A stretch of 64,000 bases of DNA from Anthoceros angustus (taxonomy: Eukaryota > Plantae > Anthocerotophyta): the NCBI GenBank assembly GCA_010909165.1, contig VJWM01000063.1, forward strand, positions 434,001-498,000, in the 5' to 3' direction. Numbering within the stretch: position 1 is the stretch's first letter; every line of letters begins with the position of its first letter. Below the pieces are notes generated by a model that did no database searches, was not told where the DNA came from, and saw only the letters and a list, made by a program, of their open reading frames with translations. This document shows positions 12,301-23,810 of the stretch, piece by piece. The position numbers were made by a program, and so were the translations under genes.

Positions 12301-12940
12301 CTATGGCATACCAAAGAGGACATAGGGGATATAGCATTTTTTTCGCGCGAAACATGTACAAAGCGTAGGCATCTTGAAGAATATACCATTGATTCCTGTA
12401 CGGAGGTGCACCCTCACAACACATGCTGAAATGTCCGCTTTGGCACCCTAACCAAGAGTGGCCAAGCACCAAAGGGGACACATCTCTTTCTCTTCCAAAC
12501 GTGTGTGTGCTTGAAAATGTTTCTATCCTTGCAACTTACTTGAAAACAAAGAGCCACTGTGGTTTGACAGAACTCGACGCCCACTGCGCCCTTAACAGGC
12601 GTGGCTCGCCCCTAGCCCCACCCACGCCTCGCCCGCCTAAACCCTCGCCCCACCATACAAGACGAACCCTAAAACGGCCACCGCAAATGGTGGTGGCTTG
12701 TCAGAGCTACGGGCGACGCTTTAACTGGAACACAACGTCTGAAATTTTTTTTCCTTATTGCGCATGCACTGCGGGAAAAAAAGGGAGTTCCGCTTGTGTA
12801 CCAAGTCTGGCGGGTCAGCTTTGCACCGCTTTAGGCTACCTCATTCGGCCGGTTACCAAACCGACACAAGAAAGCCGTGTGGTATGAAGAAAAGTTTCAT
12901 GAGCGAAAAAGTGCCCGTCCTCTCGTCTCCTATGCCATAG
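12301..12940. mobile_element. Non-autonomous TIR element (MITE-like), ~640 bp
   Basis: Perfect terminal inverted repeat CTATGGCATA (12301-12310) / TATGCCATAG (12931-12940), with imperfect extension to ~50 bp. Flanked by direct repeat GCTT (or GGCTTC if the TIR is read 1 nt shorter). Confidence 0.65.
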
Positions 12941-13188
12941 GCTTCACCGTAGTTGAATCTCTAAGTTGCTTTGAAGGGGATGTAGTAACTGTGTTTTTGT
13001 ATTCTGTACATAAAAATATATTTTACAATGCTCACAAAAATTTGTTAAAATTTATTTGACGTAGCCTCCACCTGACCGTGATTTTCAAGGTATTAATAGT
13101 TGAATAAAATAATTCAATATGATAATTAAAAATACTAGAATATTAATATTAATATTAATTAAATACATCTTCATCGTATACATAAGTG

Positions 13189-13532
13189 AAAGGGTTGATT
13201 GGGGTCTTCCCTTCAATCTCCACATGAATTCATTGGACCTCCACAATTAAGCGGACGAATCAGTGCTTGGATGGGTGCCATCGATCTTCCAATTATGAAC
13301 ATCATGCCCTCATCTCCGTATGTGCAGATCGCACCCATCGATCTCCCAATCATAAACATCATACCCTCATCTCCGCGGTATACAAACCGCTAGATGTGAA
13401 TATCTACAGTAGGCTATGGTATTACTCTAGATCAAATTCCTTCCAAATCAAATTCTATTGATGTATACTTCAAAATATCTATACTTTTAAATTTTTAAAA
13501 AGTTTCAAAACTCACTAAAAGGGTTGATTGGG
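13189..13532. repeat. ~315-bp insert bounded by 15-bp direct repeats
   Basis: AAAGGGTTGATTGGG at 13189-13203 and 13518-13532. Internal ~57-bp tandem duplication and AT-rich 3' end. Confidence 0.5.
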
Positions 13533-13554
13533 TAGGTGTAAGAGGAGCCCGGCA

Positions 13555-14650
13555 GGCCGGACACTCGCCAAATCCATCCGCAAGGCCATATTTGTGTCAA
13601 GATCCTCTTGTATGTTCTACAGGGTTTCGTGGGTTTGTGGAGTAACGATGGAATGTTGTGCAAGTTCTCCACCGCGGGACCACTTCTAATACACCTAATA
13701 AGATATGGTATGGTTTGGTTTAAGAAAACCTATGCTTGCCGGTGAGGGGAAAAAACCGATGTCGCCGGCCAATGCCTTACCGCCGAGGCCGGGGCAGCTG
13801 TTCAATCCTAACAGACTGGCCGGCCGGGCGGCAAGAAGCACAGAATTGAGGCCATGGCTGGCAATGGTGGTCGTGGCAGTTGTCTGGCACCCAGAATGCT
13901 CTGTGGGCGACGGGCACTGCAGGGCACGGTCCCCGCTGCCTTCAGGTAAGGCACGCCGTCCTCCCTCGAGGGAGACCACTTGTGCGTGAGATATCATCTG
14001 TATCTGTATTTGCATAGGTGTATCTGAGACGCTGGTAGTTTTGAAGGGGACCAATAGTTTCGAAGGGACCAATAAAGTGGAGGGAATGTGACCAAGTAGT
14101 ATACGTGAGCCACATTGGCAGGATGGTGGCCGATCAGGACAGCAGGCAAGGGCTGACCAGTTCATTTCCTTGGAGAGACAGTGCATTTCCCTGGCTTTTC
14201 ATGTCACTTTCATAGCAGCCTGATTAGAAGCTGAAGGGGGGCGAAGAAGAAAACCACGATGTATGTAGACTAGACTACCTCCATTCACTGCTGCACGAAC
14301 TTGTACATCGTGGTGTAGCATTTGCTTTTCATGGGGGGACAGCATTCATGGAACTGCGCATCTGCTTCCAATTGATATTGCTGTTGAAGTTGAGACACAG
14401 CATCGCAAACTCCAGGGCAAAACAGGATCAACACCAAGATAATGGCGTCTAGAAACGATCGTCCGACCTAGAAGACGTGAAATATAAACAACCCGCACAC
14501 GGCAACTATTGCTTGCACCTCAATCGCATTAGCTTATTGGCAACAAAACAGGGATGAGCTCATCAACTCTTGCCAATCGTACAGGTCCATCCTACCCTAG
14601 CCTGGTTGTTGGCAGCAACCAGAAACCCGCGTAATCGCTTCTGAGAGATG
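13555..14650 (+). repeat. Left arm of inverted duplication flanking MOT1
   Basis: Colinear reverse-complement matches to 17422-18183 and 25952-26548, e.g. GGCAACAAAACAGGGATGAGCTCATCA (~14539) vs TGATGAGCTCATCCCTGTTTTGTTGCC (~17509), GATAATGGCGTCTAGAAACGATCGTCC and AGGGCTGACCAGTTC. Confidence 0.9.
13854..13990 (+). pseudogene. Internally deleted GNA/bulb-type lectin remnant
   Basis: Signal-peptide-like AMVVVAV joined directly to NALWATGTAGHGPRC. Homologous to the start and third subdomain of the lectin in the right arm; the middle ~250 bp is missing. Confidence 0.65.
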
Positions 14651-15560
14651 GCATCAAAGTGTGATTCTGTTCGTAACCCGGGTGAAAGCCAGGTTGCGCA
14701 TATCCTAACCACCAGACTTAGTATTACGGATTTCTGTGCTGCTCACTTTCGAGCGGGCCTGTCATCTGGCACGTTAGTGCACATGTGCTGTGCACCGCAC
14801 ATTTCTTCTCTCAAGGTGGCCAGCAAGTGGGACTCTGCTCCTTGATCAGCCAGTTGGTGTGTCTATGAGCAGCGGAGCCTGCGGCAGCCTTGTGGCCTTC
14901 CGATGACGCCGCCATAGCTCTGGACAAAAAAGAACAATCGGATTCCAGGACGACGCCAGCCTGCAATTCATATGCAGCTTCAGAGGATCTGTGCTGTCCT
15001 TACATCAGGATCGATGAAGTTCGTCCCTAAACGTTGAAAGAAAAACAAACCAAGATTGAAACATGTCATGGAGCCCCTTCCCACACTCTGCACCTTGCAC
15101 ACCCGCCTTCCAAAGCCCTGCTCGCACCTGCATTGCCGGGAAGCTTCCGCTGGAACGTTCCTAACCGTTAACCGTTATATGTCAGCTGACTGCAACCCCC
15201 GCCTCCTACCCCAGCCAGTGTGGTTGTGAGCGTTGTAAGGGGGGAGAAGAAGCTCCAAAATTCTCGGCTCACGATGGACAATACGGTTTGGTTGTAGAGG
15301 TGCGGGGCTGATGCTGGTTGCACAAGCAGCACTCAAGACCTTGAAGAATTCAAAGTGCTGAAGAAGAAGAAGAACGTTGAAGAAGACGCTGCTGCTGCGA
15401 AACAAGGCTCCTCCTACGCTCGCAATTCACAGCTGTTCCAAAAATGTAAGATCGCCTGGACATGCAAGGTTGCCTGCACACACAGATGAGCATGGTGGAA
15501 TGGTGAGAGTTGTGCGAGATGATGTAGAATGTGAAATCATGCGTGTGTGGATCGTAATGT

Positions 15561-17216
15561 GTGGGTGCCCGCAGGAGGAAATGGGTGGGAAAGCTGGTAG
15601 GACGGGGTTCAGGAGGAGGAGGAGATGCAGGCGGCATAGACACAACCTCCGAGTCTTCAGGGCAGTCGTCATCGCAGCGCAAGGCATGGATCTGCGGGTG
15701 GAAGAAAGGGGACCTGTCGTGGCGGAAGCTTGACAAGAAAAAAGTGGCAGACGAGATCAGCGGATCTCTGGGAGACCTGGGAAGCTACATCCCGGTGGTG
15801 ATCGCCCTGGCCATGGTGAACGGGCTGGACCTGGGCACCACCATCTTCTTCTCCGGCTTCTTCAACATCCTCACGGGCCTCATCTTCGGCGTGCCCATGC
15901 CGGTCCAGCCCATGCAGGCCATAGCCGCAGCCGCCATCGAGCCGGGGCAGGCCATGAGCATCCCGCAGATGATGGCCGCGGGCCTCTCCGTCTCCTTCAT
16001 CCTGCTCTTCCTCAGCGTCACGGGCCTCATCGGATTCGTCAACTGGCTGGTCCCGCTCCCCGTGGTGCGCGGCGTGCAGCTCTGCCAGGGCCTCAGCTTC
16101 GCCCTCACCGGCGCCAAGTACGTCCTCCGGGAACAAAATTTCGGCCAGGCCCGCAACGTCGGCCTCCCGCGCCCCTGGCTCGGCCTCGACGGCCGCATGC
16201 TCGCCATCGCCGCCTTCTGCTTCGTGGTCGGCGTCACCGGCGTGGGCGGGGAGCACCGACCTACAACCCCTGCCCTAAAGCAAGACGTAGAGTCCGGAAC
16301 CCTACAGCCATCCGCCCCGACGGATCCATCGGGAGCAGGAGGAGAAGATGATGGAGCAACAACAACAGCAACATCCGGGACAGCAACACACACAGGCAAA
16401 GGGAAAGGATCCATGGCCAAGCTTCCATGGAAACGAGCTGGAGTTTACCTGCGAGACGCGAGGGGCAGGTTTGCCATCCCTACCGGTCTGCTCCTGGTGG
16501 TGTTAGGCATGCTGCTTGCGTTTGCTCGCATGCCGAGCATCTTCAAAGCTCTCCGAGTGGGGCCATCCCGGCCCCGAGTGGTGCACATCAAGCTGCAGGA
16601 CTGGAAGATCGGGTTCAACCGGGCGGCCGTGCAGCAGCTCCCGCTCAGCGTGCTCAACAGCGTCATCGCCACAGTGAAGCTAGGGCATGATCTCTTCCCG
16701 GCTCAGCAGGGGAGGCTGAGCGTGGCGAGAGTTGCGGCCTCGGTAGGACTGATGAACGTCCTGGGATGCTGGTTTGGGGCTATGCCGGTCTGCCATGGCG
16801 CAAGCGGGTTGGCCGCTCAGTACCGGCTGGGAGCAAGAACGGGACTCTCTGTGCTGATGCTGGGAGTGGTGAAGATGCTGGTCAGCCTGTTCCTGGGCAG
16901 CTCCATCCTGCGCCTGCTGCTGCAGTTTCCCGTGGCGCTGCTGGGAGTGCTGCTGCTGCTGGCCGGGCTGGAGCTGGCCATGGCCGCGCGCGACCAGGCC
17001 TCCCGCTCCGACGCCTTCGTCACGCTCCTGGTGGCCGTTGTCGGGCTGGCCTGGTCCAACGGCGCCCTAGGGTTCGCCTGCGGCATGGTGATCGCCTGGA
17101 TCCTCAAGGTGCGCAGCCTCGACCTCGACCTCCTGGACTTGCCCACGCTGGATCCTGCTGCCATGCACGCGCACCTCTCGGCGCCGCCCCTTCCTCCTCA
17201 CATTTCCCCTCGTTAG
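15561..17216 (+). CDS. MOT1: Molybdate transporter, MOT1 family (start codon uncertain)
   Basis: SGSLGDLGSYIPVVIALAMVNGLDLGTT; GVPMPVQPMQAIAAAAI; PVVRGVQLCQG; RPWLGLDG; QLPLSVLNSVIA; GLMNVLGCWFGAMPVCHGASGLAAQYRLGARTG; FPVALLGVLLLLAG. No in-frame ATG at the ORF start; an acceptor at 15573-15574 suggests an upstream exon. Confidence 0.93.
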   Translation: MGARRRKWVGKLVGRGSGGGGDAGGIDTTSESSGQSSSQRKAWICGWKKGDLSWRKLDKKKVADEISGSLGDLGSYIPVVIALAMVNGLDLGTTIFFSGFFNILTGLIFGVPMPVQPMQAIAAAAIEPGQAMSIPQMMAAGLSVSFILLFLSVTGLIGFVNWLVPLPVVRGVQLCQGLSFALTGAKYVLREQNFGQARNVGLPRPWLGLDGRMLAIAAFCFVVGVTGVGGEHRPTTPALKQDVESGTLQPSAPTDPSGAGGEDDGATTTATSGTATHTGKGKGSMAKLPWKRAGVYLRDARGRFAIPTGLLLVVLGMLLAFARMPSIFKALRVGPSRPRVVHIKLQDWKIGFNRAAVQQLPLSVLNSVIATVKLGHDLFPAQQGRLSVARVAASVGLMNVLGCWFGAMPVCHGASGLAAQYRLGARTGLSVLMLGVVKMLVSLFLGSSILRLLLQFPVALLGVLLLLAGLELAMAARDQASRSDAFVTLLVAVVGLAWSNGALGFACGMVIAWILKVRSLDLDLLDLPTLDPAAMHAHLSAPPLPPHISPR

Positions 17217-17421
17217 ATATGTAGTCTACATTTCCTCTCCTCCTCCGCTCTCAACTCTATCACTCCCCATGACTACCTACATCGGAAAAGGTTCCAACAT
17301 GTTTCCTTATCAACAATGGACTTCATAACACGATAGGTGTATGCTGCATACATGATAAGGCTCGTGTCAAGGTGGCCATGGCTGCTCTCATGGCACCTTG
17401 GCAGGTGCCTTGTGAAGAAAT

Positions 17422-18183
17422 TCATCTCTTAGAAGCAATGACGCGGGTAGGCAGGGGTTAAGAAATTCATCTCACGGTTTCTGGTTCCTCCCAAGGGTGG
17501 GACAGCGCTGATGAGCTCATCCCTGTTTTGTTGCCAGTCATTGCTGTGATGTGAAAGCACAGTTGCACCGTGCAGGTCGAGGGTTGTTATATTTCACTTC
17601 TTGCAGATGGGACGATCGTTTCTAGACGCCATTATCTTCGTGCTGATCCAGTCTGTCCCTGGAGTTTGCGATGCTGTGTTCTAAACTTTAAAGAGCAACG
17701 GGAAGTAGATGCGCAGTCCCATGAATGCCGTTGCAGGTACACACATCATGGTTTTCTTCCTCTCCCACTTCCGCTTCTAATCAGGCTAGCCTCTGGGACG
17801 GCATACTTCAACGATGAAAGCGAGGGAAAGCAGTTGCAAGAAGCACGGCATTGGGCTACTGTTAAACCATGAAAGCGCGAAATATGCACACCACATACAA
17901 CAAAAGCAAGGGAAAGCAGTTCCGAGAAGGACTGCTCACAGAGAAAGCTCATTTATTGTATCGCTCTGAGGGAAATCGAACTGGTCAGCCCTAGGCCTGT
18001 CTACTTGCGCGATCATCCTCTGTATAGGGCGACTCCATTGCCATCGTAGACGACCGCGTTCCCGTCGGCCTGCACAACGAACCGGCAGCCGCTACCGTGC
18101 CCTGCGGTGCCCGACTCCAGATACATGGAGGACAGCATTGCAGTCGTACTGCATGACAAGGGTGCAATCGTTTGCCTGGCCAC
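17422..18183 (-). repeat. Right arm of inverted duplication (inner part; continues at 25952-26548 beyond the copia insertion)
   Basis: Reverse complement aligns with ~13910-14650. The outer part (25952-26548) aligns with ~13555-13890, e.g. AGGGTTTCG..TAAC(G/A)ATGGAA, ATATGGTATGGT and GACACT..CG(C/T)AAATC. Confidence 0.88.
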
Positions 18184-20922
18184 TGTTAGATTGGCAATTA
18201 CCTAATCAGACACTAACCCAATATCGTTTCGTAATTAACTTAGGTTAAAAACGGTTACAACACTTTTTTGTTTAATGCTTCTTTGAACCTCAATGAAGAT
18301 ATCTGCTTTGCCTACGCTCGCGTTTTTCCTGGTCTCGATCATGGATCCGCTTACGTTCAGCTGGCTACGCGATAACCACGATATGGTATCGAGCACCATG
18401 GACCGAGTCACGGATCCCATACGGTATGAGGTGCACCATCAAATTGAAAGCGATCCGCCATAGGAGGCAATCGAAAACCCTAGGCGATCTGCATACTGGT
18501 GATCACAAGGATCAGATCCTTGCAGCAATTAGACGATTTTCGCTTACATTAGCGGCATGGAGCGTGCGGCAAAGAACAGGCCCACTGGAAAGCACCACCT
18601 ATGAGTATCCCTTGGAAGGAGGAAGAAAACGCTTTATATTACCTTGCGTAAGCAATTCCGCAGCTTTGAGCAAGTGGGACCGTAATCAAAACGCCCGAAA
18701 GCGATCGCACCATGACAAGGAATGTGAATAGAGATAGGTTTTCAAGAGATTATGATCCACCTTCTCCTAAACAAGATCGCACTTGCAGTCAATTGTTGCT
18801 ATGAATTGCGTGTAGAAGACCGGCATGTATTCCGCCCCTGCATCTTCACAACACCATCCATCACAACCAAACAACATAGCAATTAGGCACTTGAACATTA
18901 CGGTAGGCATCCTTAAGCACCAAGCGCATATAGCCCAAAGCGTAAATATAGGAAAGATCGGATCCAACTACAAAAGCAAATAGGTATTCTCACCAAGAAG
19001 TTGTCACAAGTTACCATGCAATCCGATCATCTTGCACACGCCTCGATTTCCAAGATCTTTTGGATGACCTGCTCATTCAGCTTCCAAGCCTATTTCTCGA
19101 TGTAATCCATCTTTTGGTTTGATGATAGTACCGAGCCAGATCAAATATTAGGGTCCTTAGCCACAATGTTCGGTGAGGATTCGAGTCCTCAATTCTCTAG
19201 AAATTTCTAGATAGGTTATGTAGTGCACACACCTTGTTAGTACCACAACCGCATGTGGTCACCACCACATAGGTACCCTAGGCCTAAAGCACCTCGCTTT
19301 ACACATACACCTCCTCCACCTCAACCTCCAATCATGGGGACAAACACAACCATTAATAACACAACTTTCAAGCGGATATGAAAGATAAGGACCGGTTTAA
19401 TGGCTCACACCCAACTGGGAGCTTGAATGGAGGCAACCAAGAGCACGACCTCATGGATCACCGGAAAGAGTACAAATCCGGCATTAGCAAATCCTAAAGG
19501 CATCTTTGAAATTAAAGCTTGGGAAAAGCAAGATAAAAGAGCAAGTATAATCCTATCGACTCTTGATAGGAACATGATACAACATACTCAAGGCGACGCC
19601 AGCCTGAGTTTATTTAAGGATATGTTCGCAGCCAAGGATGGGCGACACTTATAAACGCAACACAATTCTATGGCCTTCAGATGAAGGAAAGTGATAGTGT
19701 GGAGCATCACTTACATAAATTTCGCAGCATGCTAAGCTTGCTTCGGCGATGTATTGACCAAACGAAGGCTATCAGCCCTTCTTACATCCCTCGCCACATA
19801 GCTACAGAGCATTTGTTACTACTCAAACTAATTTTGCAAACCGAGGAGGTGCTAATATTACCTTCTCACAAGTTGTTGGTGCATTCTTTGGAAGAGGAAT
19901 CACAGAGTTGCACGGACGAGGTCAAGAACATAGTTCACATGTCCTCTACACCCAGCCGAGGACGTGGGAGAGGACGCCGAGGAAGGGAAGACCCTATCCC
20001 GCACCAACCTCTTATACACCGGACAGAAAAGAAGGGCACCACATCGGTGCAAAATTCCAGTCATTTCAAAATGAATGAGAAAGAAGCGGGGAGAGCCTCG
20101 CCGTGAAGCCCACAGTGCGGAGACAAACATGGTGACTCGTGGACAAAGTGCCTCCTCACAGATCGCCAAGCCACCTACCATCCTTGCTATATGTTTGTCA
20201 CTTACACAAGCCGATACAAGTATGTGGTTTTGGACTCATACACTCACCACATTTGTCAATCTAAAGACAAATTTATCAATTACAAGCCAGCACCAACTAG
20301 CCAATTTGTCGCTAGGAGACGGCTGACTTGCGATTCCGGATATGGTGATGTCTCATTCCCAATGAAAGGTGGAACACACATCACATTGTCGGGTGTCCTC
20401 CATGTCCCTAGCATGAAGAAAAACTCACCGTGAAACTCGTTATGCACCACGACCGCAAGTATGTTTCACACCTAGTGGTCAGACAAGAACATCTACACAT
20501 GATCGCTCATTTATATTGGGAGAAGGAATCACTTACAATGACCTTTATCATTTTGAGAGTACTGACCAATTACGCGCGGTAGTGATGCCAAGAGTGATGT
20601 AGACAAGACTTCTCTTTGGCATCATCGTCTCGCCATCCTAGCATGACATACATACGTCAAGTTGTTAGCAAACCGAGTTGTACAAGGATCCAATTTCTTT
20701 TAAAGAATGATCACCTCTTGTGAAGACGCTGTTGGGAAGATGGCACAAAAGCCATACAATGATCTGAACCTACAAAGGCAACTGTTAGATGTGGTGCACA
20801 TCGACATATGTGGCCCGATGTCAATCGCATCGCTTTGGTGGGGCAATTTATTTTCTTGTTCCTAGATGAGTGGAGCCATTCTTACATATATTTTCCGCAT
20901 AATCGTCACCAAACATATGATA

Positions 20923-22144
20923 AGTTCCTCGATTATGTACAACTAGAGACTCAAACCGGTGCATTCTTAAGAAACTAAGGAGTGACAATGCGAAAGAATA
21001 CCTACCAGACTTCCAATCATATTGTCGATGAAGGGCATTATTCACCAACCGATTTGCACTATCATCTGCACAAAACTCGTATGTCGAGAGATACAATCGC
21101 ACTTTGCAAGAACGTTGAGCTACTCTTTCATCGCAGGACTTACAAGGGTTATCAAGGTATATAGCATTAATTATATTGAGTCACCAGAAGCCACTTTTCA
21201 GCTATACACCTTTTGAGCGTGGATCGGGCACAAACCCAGATCGACCATTTACGCATCTTTGCACCTATGCATACACACGGAGAAGCGTGGTAAGATGGAC
21301 AATCGAGCTACAAAACATATTTTTGTTGGGTATTCAATACAAAGGGCTACAAGTCAGATAGCCCACATACAAGGCAACTTACCATAGCTAGGAGTGTGAG
21401 CTTCAACGAGCTTCATCATTGCCTCTCATCTTGATCACAAGCCACAAACCCTTGTCGAACCTTCAATTTATGGTCATACTCCACAACAACACTTAGAAGA
21501 AGACGAAGTAGACATAGATATTTCGATTTTCCTTGAGTTCCTCGATTATGTACAACTAGAGACTCAACCGTGCATTCTTAAGAAACTAAGGAGTGACAAT
21601 GCGAAAGAATACCTGGACTTCCAATCATATTGTCGATGAAGGGCATTATTCACCAACCGAGCATTCCTATCATCCCGCACAAAACTCAGATGTCGAGAGA
21701 TACAATCGCACTTTGCAAGAACGTTGAGCTACTCTTTCATCGCAGGACTTACAAGGGTTATCAAGGAAGGTATAGCGTTAATTATATGCTGTCAGAAGCC
21801 ACTTTTCAGCTATACACCTTTTGAGCGTGGATCGGGCACAAACCCAGATCGACCATTTACGCATTCATATGCATACACACCGGAGAAGCGTGGTAAGATG
21901 GACAATCGAGCTACAAAACATATTTTTGTTGGGTATTCAATACAAAGGGCTAGATAGCCCACATACAAGGCAACTTACCATAGCTAGGAGTGTGAGCTTC
22001 AACGAGAGCTTCATCATTGCCTCTCATCTTCGCCACAAGCCACAAACCCTTGTCGAACCTTCAATTTATGGTCATACTCCACAACAACACTTAGAAGAAG
22101 ACGAAGTAGACATAGATATTTCGATTTTCCTTGAGTTCCTCGAT
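20923..22144. repeat. ~600-bp tandem duplication inside the copia integrase
   Basis: Units 20923-21535 and 21536-22133. AGTTCCTCGAT occurs at 20923, 21536 and 22134. Confidence 0.9.
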
Positions 22145-23810
22145 CACTCACTGCTCCCGCAGCACCTTTAGGCCGATACACCTCAAGACTGTGCAAAGAC
22201 CTCCATTACGGATCCCGCATGTATTGGATAACCCTCCAGATTGAACCTCCAAAGACAAGATCCTGCAGAGGTAGATGAAACTAAAGACCCCGCAGTTAGA
22301 TGCTGCAGAGTTAGATGAAATTCCTCAACCGTAAGAACATGTACAATTGGCGGTAGATGAGCAGGAGGGTCTACCTCAGATCGCCTAGGACTCATCGCCT
22401 AGGTCGAGTGGATTAAGCCACCTTATGAACCAGTGACACCTTTGTTTATGTTCCACCAAGGACTTCCTTAGCAACTCTAGCTACAAATGCTTCAATTCTT
22501 GATCCTCCGATACACACCGGAGAAGCGTGGTAAGATGGACAATCGAGCTACAAAACATATTTTTGTTGGGTATACGAACAAAGGGCTACATGTCAGATAT
22601 AGCCCACATACACAGGCAACTTACCATAGCTAGAGTGTGAGCTTCAACGAGCTTCATCATTGCCTCTCCTCCCCTGTCACAAGCCACAAACCCTTGTCGA
22701 ACCTTCAATTTATGGTCATACTCCACAACAACACTTAGAAGAAGACGAAGTAGACATAGATATTTCGATTTTCCTTGAGTTCCTCGATCACTCACCGCTC
22801 CTGCAGCACCTTTAGGCCGATACACCTCAAGACTGTGCAAAGACCTCCATTACGGATCCCGCATGTATTGGATAACCCTCCAGATTGAACCTCCAAAGAC
22901 AAGATCCTGCAGAGGTAGATGAAACTAAAGACCCCGCAGTTAGATGCTGCAGAGTTAGATGAAATTCCTCAACCGTAAGAACATGTACAATTGGCGGTAG
23001 ATGAGCAGGAGGGTCTACCTCAGATCGCCTAGGACTCATCGCCTAGGTCGAGTGGATTAAGCCACCTTATGAACCAGTGACACCTTTGTTTATGTTCCAC
23101 CAAGGACTTCCTTAGCAACTCTAGCTACAAATGCTTCAATTCTTGATCCTCCGATACACACCGGAGAAGCGTGGTAAGATGGACAATCGAGCTACAAAAC
23201 ATATTTTTGTTGGGTATACGAACAAAGGGCTACATGTCAGATAGCCCACATACACGGCAACTTACCATAGCTAGGAGTGTGAGCTTCAACGAGCTTCATC
23301 ATTGCCTCTCCTCCCCTGTCACAAGCCACAAACCCTTGTCGAACCTTCAATTTATGGTCATACTCCACAACAACACTTAGAAGAAGACGAAGTAGACATA
23401 GATATTTCGATTTTCCTTGAGTTCCCTCGATCACTCACCGCTCCTGCAGCACCTTTAGGGCCAAGACACCAACAAGACTCGGCACAAAAGACTCCATTAC
23501 GGATCCTGCAGATGTATTGGATAACCCTCCGAGATTGAACCTCGACAAGATCCTGCAGAGGTAGATGAAACTAAAGACCCCGCAGTTAGATGCTATTCTG
23601 CAGAGTTAGATGAAATTCCTCAACCGTAAGAACATGTACAATTGGCGGTAGATGAACAGAGGGTCTACCTCAGATCTAGGACTCATCGCCCTAGGTCGAG
23701 TGGATTAAGCCACCTTATGAACCAGTGACACCTTTGTTTATGTTCCACCAAGGACTTCCTTAGCGACTCTAGCTACAAATGCATGCTTCAATTGATCCTC
23801 CGATACACCG
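21873..23810. repeat. ~645-bp tandem triplication inside the copia integrase-RT linker
   Basis: Units start at ATACAC at 21873, 22510 and 23154; unique sequence resumes after ATACACCG at 23803. Confidence 0.9.

Noticed and set aside
15669-16690. Long alternative-frame and antisense ORFs over MOT1 (and likewise over 10456-11941)
   Set aside because: Expected shadows of high-GC, codon-biased genes; no recognisable motifs.
19050-19250. Gypsy-like gag fragment (FQAYFSM..QILGSL) ahead of the copia gag
   Set aside because: Too short and frameshifted to support without an HMM search.
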